A DNA stretch of 64,000 nt from assembly GCA_030141605.1 (NCBI GenBank), contig JAQGDQ010000384.1, positions 25,167 to 89,166 of the forward strand, written 5' to 3'. Within the stretch, counting starts at the first letter, position 1, and every line of letters starts with the position of its first letter. The notes under the pieces were generated by a model. The model searched no databases, was not told where the DNA came from, and saw only the letters and a list, made by a program, of their open reading frames with translations. Both the position numbers and the translations under genes were made by a program. Below, one piece after another: positions 30,501 to 40,080 of this stretch. Source of the DNA: Tubiluchus corallicola (lineage: Eukaryota > Animalia > Priapulida).

Positions 30501-31023
30501 CCGTTTGAATAACAATAGGGTCGTAACCTGTCCAAGAAATAGCACTCATTCTAAATTGATTACCTGGCCTTGAAAATACTATATGAAAACTTTTTTGAGT
30601 GTAAATTTCAAAAGAAGTTTCAGTTTGATTATTTCCTTTAGCCTCCCCTGATTTATAAGGGTTCTCATTGTCCCCTTCTGTATATAGTTCATACTTTACA
30701 GAATTGTTATTGTCCGTTGTAATAGTCATAGTTCCAATGGATAAACTATTAGAACTATTAAAAACAGGTGTAGTTAAAATGGACGTCAAATTGCCTCGTA
30801 TATGCCCAAAACCTTTATTTTCATTAAATAAAAAATTACCTGTAATTTGCCATATTAAATTGTTTTCGCCTTTGTATCTCATATCGTAATCAAAAGTTTC
30901 ACCAAATGGCATTTCATTACCATCTACATCTTCCCATCTCGTATTTTCAAACACATATGTTTTCTGTGCGTTGGTATTTAGCAAGTTTATGACGACTGCA
31001 AGTAGTAACAATAGTTTTTTCAT
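27526..31023 (-). CDS. acidic surface protein with tandem SwmB-like repeats and T9SS type A C-terminal domain
   Basis: Repeated ~105-120-aa units (e.g. NSDGNKITL, NEDGDSIFINF, SNDGGSIFLSF); C-terminus IEIYNINGK...IDITHLQKGIHILKL...TTKFVKN. Confidence 0.7.
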   Translation of the reverse strand: MKKLLLLLAVVINLLNTNAQKTYVFENTRWEDVDGNEMPFGETFDYDMRYKGENNLIWQITGNFLFNENKGFGHIRGNLTSILTTPVFNSSNSLSIGTMTITTDNNNSVKYELYTEGDNENPYKSGEAKGNNQTETSFEIYTQKSFHIVFSRPGNQFRMSAISWTGYDPIVIQTAAVNSDGNKITLEVDKDIDPATITSTVVNSFEIENHTLKSVILSSPQILDLYLADEDIIYNDEDIKISYIGTEIRATTDGDNDIENPLSNDTISINIDEAPFRPAYIVGSIITNEDGDSIFINFDSDIETNTDEPLGFTLTLSDGANRAITKIKISDTDSKQVQLTLEEPLTKDDIMYLSYDEDIGGLTTVYGGKVKNFSNLFVINKIPGASPLPIPGSTTSNHRGDTVLISVSQEINAATIVEGIENDFEILADEKPILITEVTLQGASTIALCLHTVIDRTKTVTVRYDVGENKITSTSGVDLEAFFENVNVENAAGIAPQVLSSQTAANQDTIILITSLPVAGITGSDPETIKGHFKVRDTIAQEDLEISSITFTNDTILLTLSAGEINSNQLLVVSYTGVERGAANEIQTEERGVLTAFSPVKVLNNYTGAAPVLKETTTSNDGGSIFLSFYKTMQEIDVDKINITEDFVIEIYPNKATTPDTILVNNAAKYLYNDEVIMLNLDMLTFGRNLTNSDSIVFSYLGKEIKSEDGGIMDSIPNSYFQEKETVTNMVYGESPILENIDIYDIGHQILLSFDRKIIDISDINNNIKAFRLTVENWEETAYTPSTNNYEIDNIEINTEDEKQLILTLSEISTRIINTDFVLLDYNSEIGNILGEGNGKLLDQIEKQVNTEQAAGKNVSIIAPYFNADLTKVEVLCDRTLLPESVEVEGRESDFIISIKKKDTEEFQEVPIENIAIKENSEGKIIVLSIDRDITVDITTMDTVTLQYIGNKITAADNAPLFANIIFDVIFSNGVAPPIVVQSYSSSSCQQIYVELNKEIDRIETPQLEDFQVEVERGDTSATIEITNIDIVSANTFGLTLDLFGRIEVQPNTRLMAKFNKTTTNIIVSGGGVLQSFLLTNVENKVKVDEIFITITNTSIRMLADLSLRRIEIYNINGKNEYRSVKPVFNKYEEIDITHLQKGIHILKLIGVNEQELQTTKFVKN

Positions 31024-31053
31024 AGTCTTTTTATATTAGTTCGAAACGTTTAT

Positions 31054-33048
31054 TTACCATCCAGGGTTTTGAGTTAAATTGGGATTTTTATCTATTTCAA
31101 ATTGAGGTATAGGAAATAGCACATCTTTGATATGTATTCGTTGGTCTAATCCTGCCCCATCGCCTACGGCTGCATCTTCTTCTCCTAATTTTTCTACTTC
31201 CGATATAAGTTTGCCTGTACGCACTAGGTCAAAGAATCCATGCCCTTCTACCACTAACTCTAAAACTCTTTCTTTCCTTACTATCTCTCTAAAATCATCT
31301 CGCGATAGTCCATTGATGTTTTTAGGTTCACTAGATGCAGGGTAACCTGGAAATTGTTGGCTCTGTTCGTGCTTCGAACCATCCCTGGCTCTGGCTCTTA
31401 CTTTATTGATAGCTTGGTAGGCGTTGTAAGATACTATGGGACTGCTTGTTCCTGGTCCGTAACGCTCGTTCAAGGCTTCTGCAAGTATAAGCAAAACATC
31501 GGCATATCGTAACAATATCCAATTGAGGTCAGTATTATCAGTTGTAGGAGGTGTATTAATTGGTCTATTTTTCCAAAATCCTGTGTTATACACAATGTTT
31601 ATAGAAACTTCGGGGTCGTTTATTTCATTTAGTGGGTCTAATTTTTTGATAGGTATAGGAGTAGCTGCCGCACTATATTGATATTCTGCGATAGTCCAAA
31701 AATATCGGGGGTCTGAATTTTCAACATCTAATATTTGCGTCAAAGTCAATTGTTTTGCATCTGCTCCACCACTTACGTTGTAGTCTAAATATTGGTCTAT
31801 ATAGGGAAAATACTCTGCTTTTTCTACAGGAATAGTTTTTATAATTTCTTCATTTTCATTCAATAATGGAATAACTATACTATTTTCCTCTACATAGTAA
31901 TCACCACTACCATCTATACCTATAATTCCATCTACTGTCTCGTCGTACAATACCTGTTCTTCGGTTATAAAGTTTACCTCATATGCTCCTAATGTATAAA
32001 TTGTAGGTCTTATACGGCAATAACCTCTATCTGGTATTGGAACATTATTAGAAAGTGTTGCTTGTGGACCAGAAATTACTCCTACTTGGCTGCCAGTATT
32101 GTCTATATTTTTACACTGTGCTTCAAACAATGATTCTTCATTGTTTTCATTATTTTCTAAAAATATAGTTGGAAAATCTGGCACAAGTCCTATCCGTCCT
32201 CCACTTTCTGCCATCTGTACTACTTTGGAGGCATAGACAATGGCTGAGTCATACATTATTTGACTATTGACCCAACCATAATTTTCATCATAGACACCAT
32301 AAATGGGAGCGGCAAAATCCTTACAAGTAGCAAGTGTAAGATATACCTTAGCAAGGTAGCCTCTGGCTGCTGATACTGTAGCCCGTCCAAGGTTTTCTGC
32401 AGAATATACTGTTTTATCGGAAAAAGAAGAATTTGTTTTATACCATAAGTTTTCTTCTGCAAACTTAAAGTCTTCTATTATTTGGTTATATACTTTTTCT
32501 ACGCTTTCTCTAGAAATTAACAATTGTTCTATTTGGTTAAAATCAGACTGTACTTCAGTTATAAGTGGCACTTTGCCAAAATATCTTACTAACTCAAAAT
32601 AAAAGAAGGCTCTAAGAAAACGTGCTTCGCCAAATAAACGATTTTTGAGGTTGTCTGATATATGAGAAGTAGTCATTTGGCTGATTTTTTCTATGGCATA
32701 ATTGGCTCTATGTATCCCTTGGTAGCACTGTTCCCACATATCTAAATATCTTGAATATTGTGGGTTGCTTCTAAATTCTGCTACTGCACTATTTTTTAAA
32801 CTTACTGACGCTTTATTGGTTACGTAGCTGGAGGCTTGGTCTAATTGCATTCGTGTTACATAATGGCCACTGTTGCCTCCTTTGATAGCTGAATAAATAC
32901 CATTTACAAGTCCAATAGCTTCTTCTCGGATTATTATTTCATCCTTTTCCTGATGGAAGAGAGATTCGGGGTTTTCTTCCAAAAATTTTTCACAAGAACT
33001 TACTATGATTAATGGTAAAACCATTATTAAAACCATTACTTTTTTCAT
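31054..33048 (-). CDS. SusD/RagB-family glycan-binding lipoprotein
   Basis: Lipobox VSSC; GEARFLRAFFYFELVRYFGKVP; LRYADVLL; ERVLELVVEGH; PIPQFEIDKNPNLTQNPGW. Confidence 0.95.
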   Translation of the reverse strand: MKKVMVLIMVLPLIIVSSCEKFLEENPESLFHQEKDEIIIREEAIGLVNGIYSAIKGGNSGHYVTRMQLDQASSYVTNKASVSLKNSAVAEFRSNPQYSRYLDMWEQCYQGIHRANYAIEKISQMTTSHISDNLKNRLFGEARFLRAFFYFELVRYFGKVPLITEVQSDFNQIEQLLISRESVEKVYNQIIEDFKFAEENLWYKTNSSFSDKTVYSAENLGRATVSAARGYLAKVYLTLATCKDFAAPIYGVYDENYGWVNSQIMYDSAIVYASKVVQMAESGGRIGLVPDFPTIFLENNENNEESLFEAQCKNIDNTGSQVGVISGPQATLSNNVPIPDRGYCRIRPTIYTLGAYEVNFITEEQVLYDETVDGIIGIDGSGDYYVEENSIVIPLLNENEEIIKTIPVEKAEYFPYIDQYLDYNVSGGADAKQLTLTQILDVENSDPRYFWTIAEYQYSAAATPIPIKKLDPLNEINDPEVSINIVYNTGFWKNRPINTPPTTDNTDLNWILLRYADVLLILAEALNERYGPGTSSPIVSYNAYQAINKVRARARDGSKHEQSQQFPGYPASSEPKNINGLSRDDFREIVRKERVLELVVEGHGFFDLVRTGKLISEVEKLGEEDAAVGDGAGLDQRIHIKDVLFPIPQFEIDKNPNLTQNPGW

Positions 33049-33095
33049 ATCGTAATCAATTAATATTTTCTTTTTTCGCCTATTGAAGCAGCTTA

Positions 33096-36000
33096 TTAAA
33101 ATGTTAGGTTAAGCCCTACTGAATAGGTTTTAGCTCTTGGATATGCACCACTATCATATCCTCCTGTAAACCTAGCTACATTACCAGTACTTACATTTAC
33201 TTCGGGGTCATAGCCAGAATAACTGTCCCATATCCAAAGGTTTTCACCTCTAATATAGACTCGTGCTACTTTTATCTTTATTCTTTCTAATACTTGTTGT
33301 GGTATATCGTAAGTTATAGTTAAGGTTTTAAGTCTGAGGAATGAACCATCTTCTATAAATCTATCGTCAAGTAGTGTGTTTTCCCAACCTAATCTAGGGA
33401 TATGAGTGTCTAAATTTCCCTGATCTACTATATTGCCCTGCTTGTCAAATTCAACAGGTCTGAAATAGTTCAATACATCTTTTGACTTGTTTCTGTTATC
33501 GCTTATTTTCGTTGATTCTAAATCCCTACGATTTTCATTAAACACATCATTGCCATACATCCATTGAAACAATATGTCTAAGGTAAATTTTTTATATCTA
33601 AAAGTATTGGCTATTCCCCCAAAATGCAGAGGTTGTGTATAGGCTATAATATCTTTATCTTCGTCAGTAATAATTCCATCTCCATTTTTATCTACATATT
33701 TGGGTGTCCCTACATAATCTTCTAAAGTACCTCCATCATTAGGGTATCCAGGCACTCCTGATGCAAGGTCTTTTATTGTTATATTATATTTATCTAAATA
33801 GGCTTGCACTTCATCGGTAGATTGAAAAAATCCATCGGTTTCATATCCCCACCATATGCCTACAGCCTCTCCTTGTATGATGCGCGAATTTGAATTAAGT
33901 GCTATGTACTCCAAATCATTCCCTATTTCTACCATTTTGTTTCTGTTGAATGTAATATTGAAGCTGGTACTCCAATGAAAGTTTGAGGTAACAATATTGG
34001 TTGAGGTTAAAAATATTTCCATTCCTTTATTCTCCATAGCACCTATATTAGTAGTATAAGTTTTAACTCCTGCACCAGAAATTGGTACGGGTAAGCCTAG
34101 TAGTAGGTCGGTAGTATATTTACGATACAGGTCTACTTCTGCAAATAGTCTGTTATTAAAAAACCCCATTTCCAAACCTATATCTGTTTGTCGTGTTGTT
34201 TCCCATTTTAGATTTTCATTTGCGAACTTATTAACTTCAAGAGCTATAACTGTTTGATCATTAAAGTTGTATTTGCCAGCGTTCAAAGTAGTAAGCGCAG
34301 TGTAGTTAGGTATTCTTTGGTTGCCTGTAATCCCTATGCTAGCTCTTAGTTTTAGGTTGCTAAAAATATTTAAGTTTTCAATAAATGGCTCTTGTATGGC
34401 TCGCCACGCAAATGCTCCTGATGGGAAATAACCCCATTTGTTGTCTGCTCCAAACCTCGATGACCCATCTGCTCTTACTGATGCTGTAAATAGGTACTTA
34501 TTTTTAAAATCATAATTTATTCTTGCTAAACCAGACATTAAATTATTACTTTCTTTTTCAGAATCGCTGTTGAATTCCGAAGCAGCAGATAAATTATTTA
34601 TCCCCAATGTAGCAACATCAAAGTTGTATGCTATGGATTGTACGAGATCGATTGTTTTCTCTTCTGCAGTAGCCCCAACAAGAACATCAAATTTATGGTT
34701 TTTATTTATTTTCTTTTTGTAGGTTAGAGTGTTTTCATTTACCCATTGCATAGTTTTTACATCAGAGATAGATCCCCAGCCGTTGGTTTTTTGTCCTCTT
34801 CCCGTATTAGGGGGATAAAAATTTTCTGTTTTATTAAATGTTTGATTTATTCCAATTTTTACCTTAAATTTTAAATCTTCCATAATAGAATAGGTCAGCG
34901 ATAGGTTATTGAGAAAGCGAGTATTATACTTATGGTTTACTACGTTTTCTGCGAAATGTACGGGATTGGTAAGTCCTGCATCAATTTCCTCATCGTCTTC
35001 TATATCCGACAGTTCCTCTTCGTAATCTGCTGATCTGTTAGGATTTATTCTTAGTATTTGTCTTACTATTCCATAAGATTTGGGTGTGCTGCCTCCACCA
35101 GTAGCTATACCATTGTTGGTAGTATAAGATGTTATATTTGAGTAGTCTATATTTAAGCGTTCGTTAAGTCGTGCAGATATTTTGGCATTACCAGCAAATT
35201 TTTCGAATTCATTGTTTGTTATCATACCTATATGGTTGAAATACCCTCCTCCAATGTTATATGTTATGTCTTTTGTCCCCCCATTTAATGAGGCCGAATA
35301 ATCTTGTACTCTTCCTATACCATATAGTTCTTTTTGCCAATCAGTATTATTTTCAGGGACAAACACATCTGGAGACCATTGGTCATTACCCGTCTTTTCA
35401 TATTGAAACTGAGCCCACTCATATACATCTAATAGTGGTATTGTTCTTGTGACAGATTGCACCCCTGTTTGAACGCCAACGCTAATTTTAGCTTCTCCTG
35501 CTTTTCCACTTTTAGTCGTTATTATTACTACTCCATTAGCTCCTCTTGAGCCATAAATTGCTGTTGCAGAAGCATCTTTTAATATGTTGATAGATTCTAT
35601 ATCGTGGACTGGAATATCGGCAAGTGGATTAGGAGAAGGGGCATCACTTAATCCAGTATTTACATCTATATCGTCAACCTCAACAGGGAAACCATCTATG
35701 ACATAAAGAGGGGAACTGCTTGCCGAGATAGAAGTAGCACCTCTAATTCTAACGTTCATACCCCCACCTGGTGCGCCTTCGTCTGAAATGACTTGCACTC
35801 CTGCTGCTCTACCCGAAAGAGCATCTAAAAAAGAGGTGTTGGTAGTTTGTTTTAGTTTTTCTTCTGATACTACTGTTACCGCACCGCTTAAATCACTTTT
35901 CTTCTGAGTTCCGTATGCTATAACAACTACTTCTTCTATTGCTTCACTTTTGATACTCAATGTAACATCTAAAATATTTCTTTCTTTTACTTTTATTTCA

Positions 36001-36257
36001 CGTGTTTCATATCCTGTAAATGAAAAGACAAGCACATCATCACTAGAAACGGAAATAGTATATACGCCATTTATATCAGAAATCGCCCCTCTGTTAGTTC
36101 CTTTTACTAATACAGTAACCCCCGGTAAAGTTTCTCTTTCTTCGTCTATTATCGTTCCTGATACACTCCTCATTGTTTGAGCAAACATATTTACCTCACA
36201 CTGAAACAAAAAAATATAAAATATAAGCGCTACAAAAGATTGTTTCTTAAAATTCAT
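33096..36257 (-). CDS. SusC/RagA TonB-dependent transporter
   Basis: ILKDASATAIYGSRGANGVVIITTK, RADGSSRFG, LKWETT, IEDGSFLRLK, C-terminal F; ATG at 36257 preferred over TTG at 36287. Confidence 0.96.
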   Translation of the reverse strand: MNFKKQSFVALIFYIFLFQCEVNMFAQTMRSVSGTIIDEERETLPGVTVLVKGTNRGAISDINGVYTISVSSDDVLVFSFTGYETREIKVKERNILDVTLSIKSEAIEEVVVIAYGTQKKSDLSGAVTVVSEEKLKQTTNTSFLDALSGRAAGVQVISDEGAPGGGMNVRIRGATSISASSSPLYVIDGFPVEVDDIDVNTGLSDAPSPNPLADIPVHDIESINILKDASATAIYGSRGANGVVIITTKSGKAGEAKISVGVQTGVQSVTRTIPLLDVYEWAQFQYEKTGNDQWSPDVFVPENNTDWQKELYGIGRVQDYSASLNGGTKDITYNIGGGYFNHIGMITNNEFEKFAGNAKISARLNERLNIDYSNITSYTTNNGIATGGGSTPKSYGIVRQILRINPNRSADYEEELSDIEDDEEIDAGLTNPVHFAENVVNHKYNTRFLNNLSLTYSIMEDLKFKVKIGINQTFNKTENFYPPNTGRGQKTNGWGSISDVKTMQWVNENTLTYKKKINKNHKFDVLVGATAEEKTIDLVQSIAYNFDVATLGINNLSAASEFNSDSEKESNNLMSGLARINYDFKNKYLFTASVRADGSSRFGADNKWGYFPSGAFAWRAIQEPFIENLNIFSNLKLRASIGITGNQRIPNYTALTTLNAGKYNFNDQTVIALEVNKFANENLKWETTRQTDIGLEMGFFNNRLFAEVDLYRKYTTDLLLGLPVPISGAGVKTYTTNIGAMENKGMEIFLTSTNIVTSNFHWSTSFNITFNRNKMVEIGNDLEYIALNSNSRIIQGEAVGIWWGYETDGFFQSTDEVQAYLDKYNITIKDLASGVPGYPNDGGTLEDYVGTPKYVDKNGDGIITDEDKDIIAYTQPLHFGGIANTFRYKKFTLDILFQWMYGNDVFNENRRDLESTKISDNRNKSKDVLNYFRPVEFDKQGNIVDQGNLDTHIPRLGWENTLLDDRFIEDGSFLRLKTLTITYDIPQQVLERIKIKVARVYIRGENLWIWDSYSGYDPEVNVSTGNVARFTGGYDSGAYPRAKTYSVGLNLTF

Positions 36258-36402
36258 TTTATTACCCACAGCTATTTCAAATTTCAAGATTAGTACTAAG
36301 TTTTCTATAATAAGACTTTTCGCAAAAACCAGTTGATAGCCAACTGAGCGGTGAAAGATTTTAAGTAACGCAAGGTATAATATATTTAGCTTTCTCTTAT
36401 AA

Positions 36403-36437
36403 TAGAAATTTCACAAAAAATAGTAGAGATTTTACAA
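36403..36437 (-). promoter_or_regulatory. 21-bp-period direct repeat (AraC/HTCS-type site) upstream of susC
   Basis: TAGAAATTTCACAA (36403-36416) / TAGAGATTTTACAA (36424-36437), 12/14 identical, upstream of a TACCTTGC -7-like motif at 36377-36370. Confidence 0.45.
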
Positions 36438-36786
36438 TATTCTTTAAGATGTAAGAATATTTATATTTGAAAATATATGATTTAAGGTGACTATATATAA
36501 ATTTACATTTACATTTATATTAAAATACAAAATTATCTCTTATCCTAATTATTTAACTTGTACTACATAAAGAAACAACAACAATGTTTATAAAAAAACA
36601 AAATGGAACAAATTTTTAGTATAGATTAGTGCTATTTTACTTCAAAAAAGACGAAAAAAATAGAAAAAAGTTAAGCATTTTACCTAAAAATGACCTTCAA
36701 ATTGAAGTTTTTATCCCTTTTCAACCCCAAACCAGTCTAAAATTAAACCGAAACCAAACCAAAATTAAACTTTTGAAAGCACAATT

Positions 36787-36824
36787 AGTTGTGTGAAAGA
36801 CAACAAAAGTTGTATGAAAAACAA
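36787..36824. promoter_or_regulatory. 21-bp-period direct repeat (AraC/HTCS-type site)
   Basis: AGTTGTGTGAAAGACAA (36787-36803) / AGTTGTATGAAAAACAA (36808-36824), 15/17 identical. Confidence 0.5.
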
Positions 36825-36887
36825 AAAAATGAAGTGTAAATTCATATATAATTACCAATTTACATATAGTCATCTTATCTTTTTTTA

Positions 36888-36925
36888 TTTCTAACAAAAT
36901 TTTTACTTTTACATTTTGTTAGAAA
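36888..36925. promoter_or_regulatory. 13-bp inverted repeat, candidate operator upstream of the ROK gene
   Basis: TTTCTAACAAAAT-N12-ATTTTGTTAGAAA. Confidence 0.45.
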
Positions 36926-36958
36926 CTATTATTGTTATTATTTATAGTATAAACTAAA

Positions 36959-38200
36959 ATGGCAGAACAACATCCCAAAGGTCATGCTGGATATATAAAC
37001 TTGCTTAACAAAATAAAGGTTCTTAATATTATTAGGGATGAGGGTAGTATTTCACGTACTGAAATAGTAAAAAAATCTGGAATAAGTGCTCCTACTGTTA
37101 CACGTGTTGTCAATAGTCTGGTTCATAAAGAAAAATTAGCTATTCAAATAGGCATAGAAGAAACAACCGAAGGTCGTCCTCCAGCTATTATAAAATTTAA
37201 TGGCTCGTCCAATTATGTAATAGGTATAGATTGGGGAAGAACGCATATCAATGCAATGTTAGCTAATCTTGATGCAGAGCCCCTTGTTGTAATAGATACA
37301 CCTATAAAAGCCTATAATGATTTTGAGACAGACATTCAAAAAGTTATATTCATTATAGATTCTTTAATACTAAAATCGGGCATAGATAAAGATAAACTTT
37401 TAGGAATAGGTATAGCAGCATCGGGCTTTATTCACAAGAGGGCTGGTATTATTGAATTTTCACCAAATTTCAACTGGCAAAAGGCAGACGTAATTTCACA
37501 TATTAAAAAAAAATTTAAAGTATCAGTTATTGTAGATAATGTATCACGGGTAATGGCTATGGGAGAATTATTGTATGGGATAGGGAAAAAGATAAAAGAT
37601 TTTATATTCATTAATGTTGGTTACGGTTTAGGAGCGGGAATAATTATAGATGGAAAGCCTTATTCTGGTTTTGATGGTTTTTCGGGAGAGCTGGGACACG
37701 CTACTGTTTTTACAAACAATGTTCGTAAGGATATAAAATGTGTATGTGGAAAATATAATTGTTTAGAATGTTACGTATCGGGAAGAGGTATTGCTTTCTT
37801 TGCCCAAAAAGGTTTGAAACAGAATTTTAAATCTACTCTTTTACAGATATGTGAGGGAAATATAAATAAGGTAACGGCAGAAAAAGTATCAATAGCAGCA
37901 AAAGCAGGAGATGCATTTTCTCTTTCTATAATACAAAAAGCAGCAGAATACTTAGGTATTGCTGTGGCAGGTATTTCTAATATACTAAACCCGCAGGCAA
38001 TTGTTATAGGAGGTAAGGTTGCTAATACAGGAGAAATATTTTTGGAGAAGGTAATAAAAACTTTTCAAAAAGAAACATTGCAACAAAATCCAAGAAAAAT
38101 AAAAATATATTCACCAACCAATGGAAATAACACTACTGTAAAAGGAGCTATATCCCTTATTCTGCAAGAGATACTAAGTTTGAATATTTATCAGAGCTAA
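36959..38200 (+). CDS. ROK-family transcriptional regulator (NagC/XylR-like)
   Basis: N-terminal wHTH (ISRTEIVKKSGISAPTVTRVV, GRPP), GELGH and C-x-CG-xx-x-CLE Zn motif. Confidence 0.93.
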   Translation: MAEQHPKGHAGYINLLNKIKVLNIIRDEGSISRTEIVKKSGISAPTVTRVVNSLVHKEKLAIQIGIEETTEGRPPAIIKFNGSSNYVIGIDWGRTHINAMLANLDAEPLVVIDTPIKAYNDFETDIQKVIFIIDSLILKSGIDKDKLLGIGIAASGFIHKRAGIIEFSPNFNWQKADVISHIKKKFKVSVIVDNVSRVMAMGELLYGIGKKIKDFIFINVGYGLGAGIIIDGKPYSGFDGFSGELGHATVFTNNVRKDIKCVCGKYNCLECYVSGRGIAFFAQKGLKQNFKSTLLQICEGNINKVTAEKVSIAAKAGDAFSLSIIQKAAEYLGIAVAGISNILNPQAIVIGGKVANTGEIFLEKVIKTFQKETLQQNPRKIKIYSPTNGNNTTVKGAISLILQEILSLNIYQS

Positions 38201-38286
38201 TTTTTTTTCAAAAAAAAAGGTATTTTTTTGGAAGTTAAATACTTTTTTTCATATCTTTAAAAACTAAAATAAAAAATATAAAATTT

Positions 38287-38721
38287 ATGTTGAAAAACAT
38301 ATCACCCCTTATAAGTCCAGAATTGATAGCCGTTTTAATGAGAATGGGGCACGGAGATGAGATAATACTTGCAGATGCCCATTTCCCCGCAGAATCATTG
38401 AATCTCAGAGTATTACGTGCTGATGGAATTAGAATCTCAAATTTGTTAGAAGCTATATTGCCGCTTTTTGAATTAGATAGTTATGTGAAGCATCCTATTG
38501 TGATGATGGAAGCAGTGAAAGGAGATACATTAGATAATGCCGTAGAAGAAAGCTACTTGAACAGTATTCGTAAAACAAATCCTAACGTGCCACCCATAGA
38601 ACGTATAAACCGTTTTGCATTTTACGAACGTGCTGAAAAGTCTTTTGCCATAGTGATGACAGGAGAAACCTGTAAATATGGCAACATTCTTTTAAAGAAG
38701 GGAGTTACACCCGTAAAATAA
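38287..38721 (+). CDS. fucU: L-fucose mutarotase
   Basis: [50 protein letters not shown]. Confidence 0.95.
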   Translation: MLKNISPLISPELIAVLMRMGHGDEIILADAHFPAESLNLRVLRADGIRISNLLEAILPLFELDSYVKHPIVMMEAVKGDTLDNAVEESYLNSIRKTNPNVPPIERINRFAFYERAEKSFAIVMTGETCKYGNILLKKGVTPVK

Positions 38722-38792
38722 AATCTATTTATCATATGCCTACAAAAAACGACAGTTATAATTGTTAGATTTTAAAACTAGTTATTAACGTT

Positions 38793-40049
38793 ATGAAAAA
38801 AACTAATAATAAAGTAATAGATAAAAGTATTGTTATACCATTTATACTTATTACAAGTTTGTTTGCTCTTTGGGGGTTTGCCAATGATATTACCAACCCA
38901 ATGGTAAAAGCATTTTCGGATGTATTGGATATGACAAATTTTCAAGGCTCACTTGTGCAGTTTGCATTTTACGGAGGGTATTTTGCAATGGCATTTCCTG
39001 CGGCATTATTCATAAAAAAGTATTCTTACAAAGCAGGTGTATTATTAGGATTAGGGCTGTATGCTACGGGAGCCTTATTATTTATTCCCGCCACAATGTT
39101 GGAAATTTTTGGACCTTTTCTTATTGCTTATTTTATTCTCACCTGTGGATTGTCGTTTTTAGAAACAAGTTGTAACCCCTATATTATGTCAATGGGAGAC
39201 GAAGAAACGGCAACGAGGCGGCTCAATCTCTCACAAGCCTTTAATCCTATTGGTTCATTGATGGGTATGTTCGTAGCACAAAAACTTATTCTTGCCAAAA
39301 TAACACCAGATAATGATATTGCAAACAATTTAGGTATTATAAGAGACCCCTATGTATTTATTGGACTTGTAGTGTTAGCAATGTTTGTAGTAATTGCAAT
39401 GGTTAAGATGCCTAAGAAACAAGGCAAAGACCATAATCTGCATATAAAAGAAACAATAAATCGTTTATTAAAAACCCCTAAATATTACGAAGGAGTTATT
39501 ACACAATGCTTTTATGTAGGTGCTCAAATAATGTGTTGGACATTCGTTATTCATTATGCCGAACGAATAGGAATAGACAAGGCTACCGCACAGAACTACA
39601 ATATTGGAGCGATGCTTTTGTTCCTGTTTAGTCGTTTCATATGCACATTTCTATTGAAGTATATCAACTCAGGTAAACTGTTGATGATACTTGCCGTTGG
39701 AGGCATAGGACTTACTCTTGGCACTATATTTATACAAGGTATGACAGGGTTGTACTGTCTTGTAGGTATATCTGCTTGTATGTCTTTGATGTTTCCTACT
39801 ATTTATGGTATTGCTTTAAGAGGGTTGGGAGAGGATGCTAAGTTTGGAGCAGCAGGCTTGATAATGGCAATACTTGGAGGCTCGGTAATGCCCCCACTTC
39901 AAGGCGCTATTATTGATATGGGTATTGTAGATTTAGGCTTATTCAAACTACCTGCTGAGAACGCTTCATTTGTGTTACCATTAATATGTTTTGTAGTAAT
40001 AACCATTTTTGGATATAGAACATTTAAAATTCATTTAAAAAACAAGTAA
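38793..40049 (+). CDS. fucP: L-fucose:H+ symporter
   Basis: LFALWGFANDITNPMV, VQFAFYGGYF, SFLETSCNPY, RRLNLSQAFNPIG, SLMFPTIYG. Confidence 0.92.
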   Translation: MKKTNNKVIDKSIVIPFILITSLFALWGFANDITNPMVKAFSDVLDMTNFQGSLVQFAFYGGYFAMAFPAALFIKKYSYKAGVLLGLGLYATGALLFIPATMLEIFGPFLIAYFILTCGLSFLETSCNPYIMSMGDEETATRRLNLSQAFNPIGSLMGMFVAQKLILAKITPDNDIANNLGIIRDPYVFIGLVVLAMFVVIAMVKMPKKQGKDHNLHIKETINRLLKTPKYYEGVITQCFYVGAQIMCWTFVIHYAERIGIDKATAQNYNIGAMLLFLFSRFICTFLLKYINSGKLLMILAVGGIGLTLGTIFIQGMTGLYCLVGISACMSLMFPTIYGIALRGLGEDAKFGAAGLIMAILGGSVMPPLQGAIIDMGIVDLGLFKLPAENASFVLPLICFVVITIFGYRTFKIHLKNK

Positions 40050-40080
40050 GTATAAATAATTAAACGTTAGTAATTAAAAA

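Noticed and set aside
36739-36770. AAACC-type short repeats upstream of the ROK gene
   Set aside because: Low-complexity and irregular; no evidence for phase variation or an invertible promoter (no flanking inverted repeats or recombinase).
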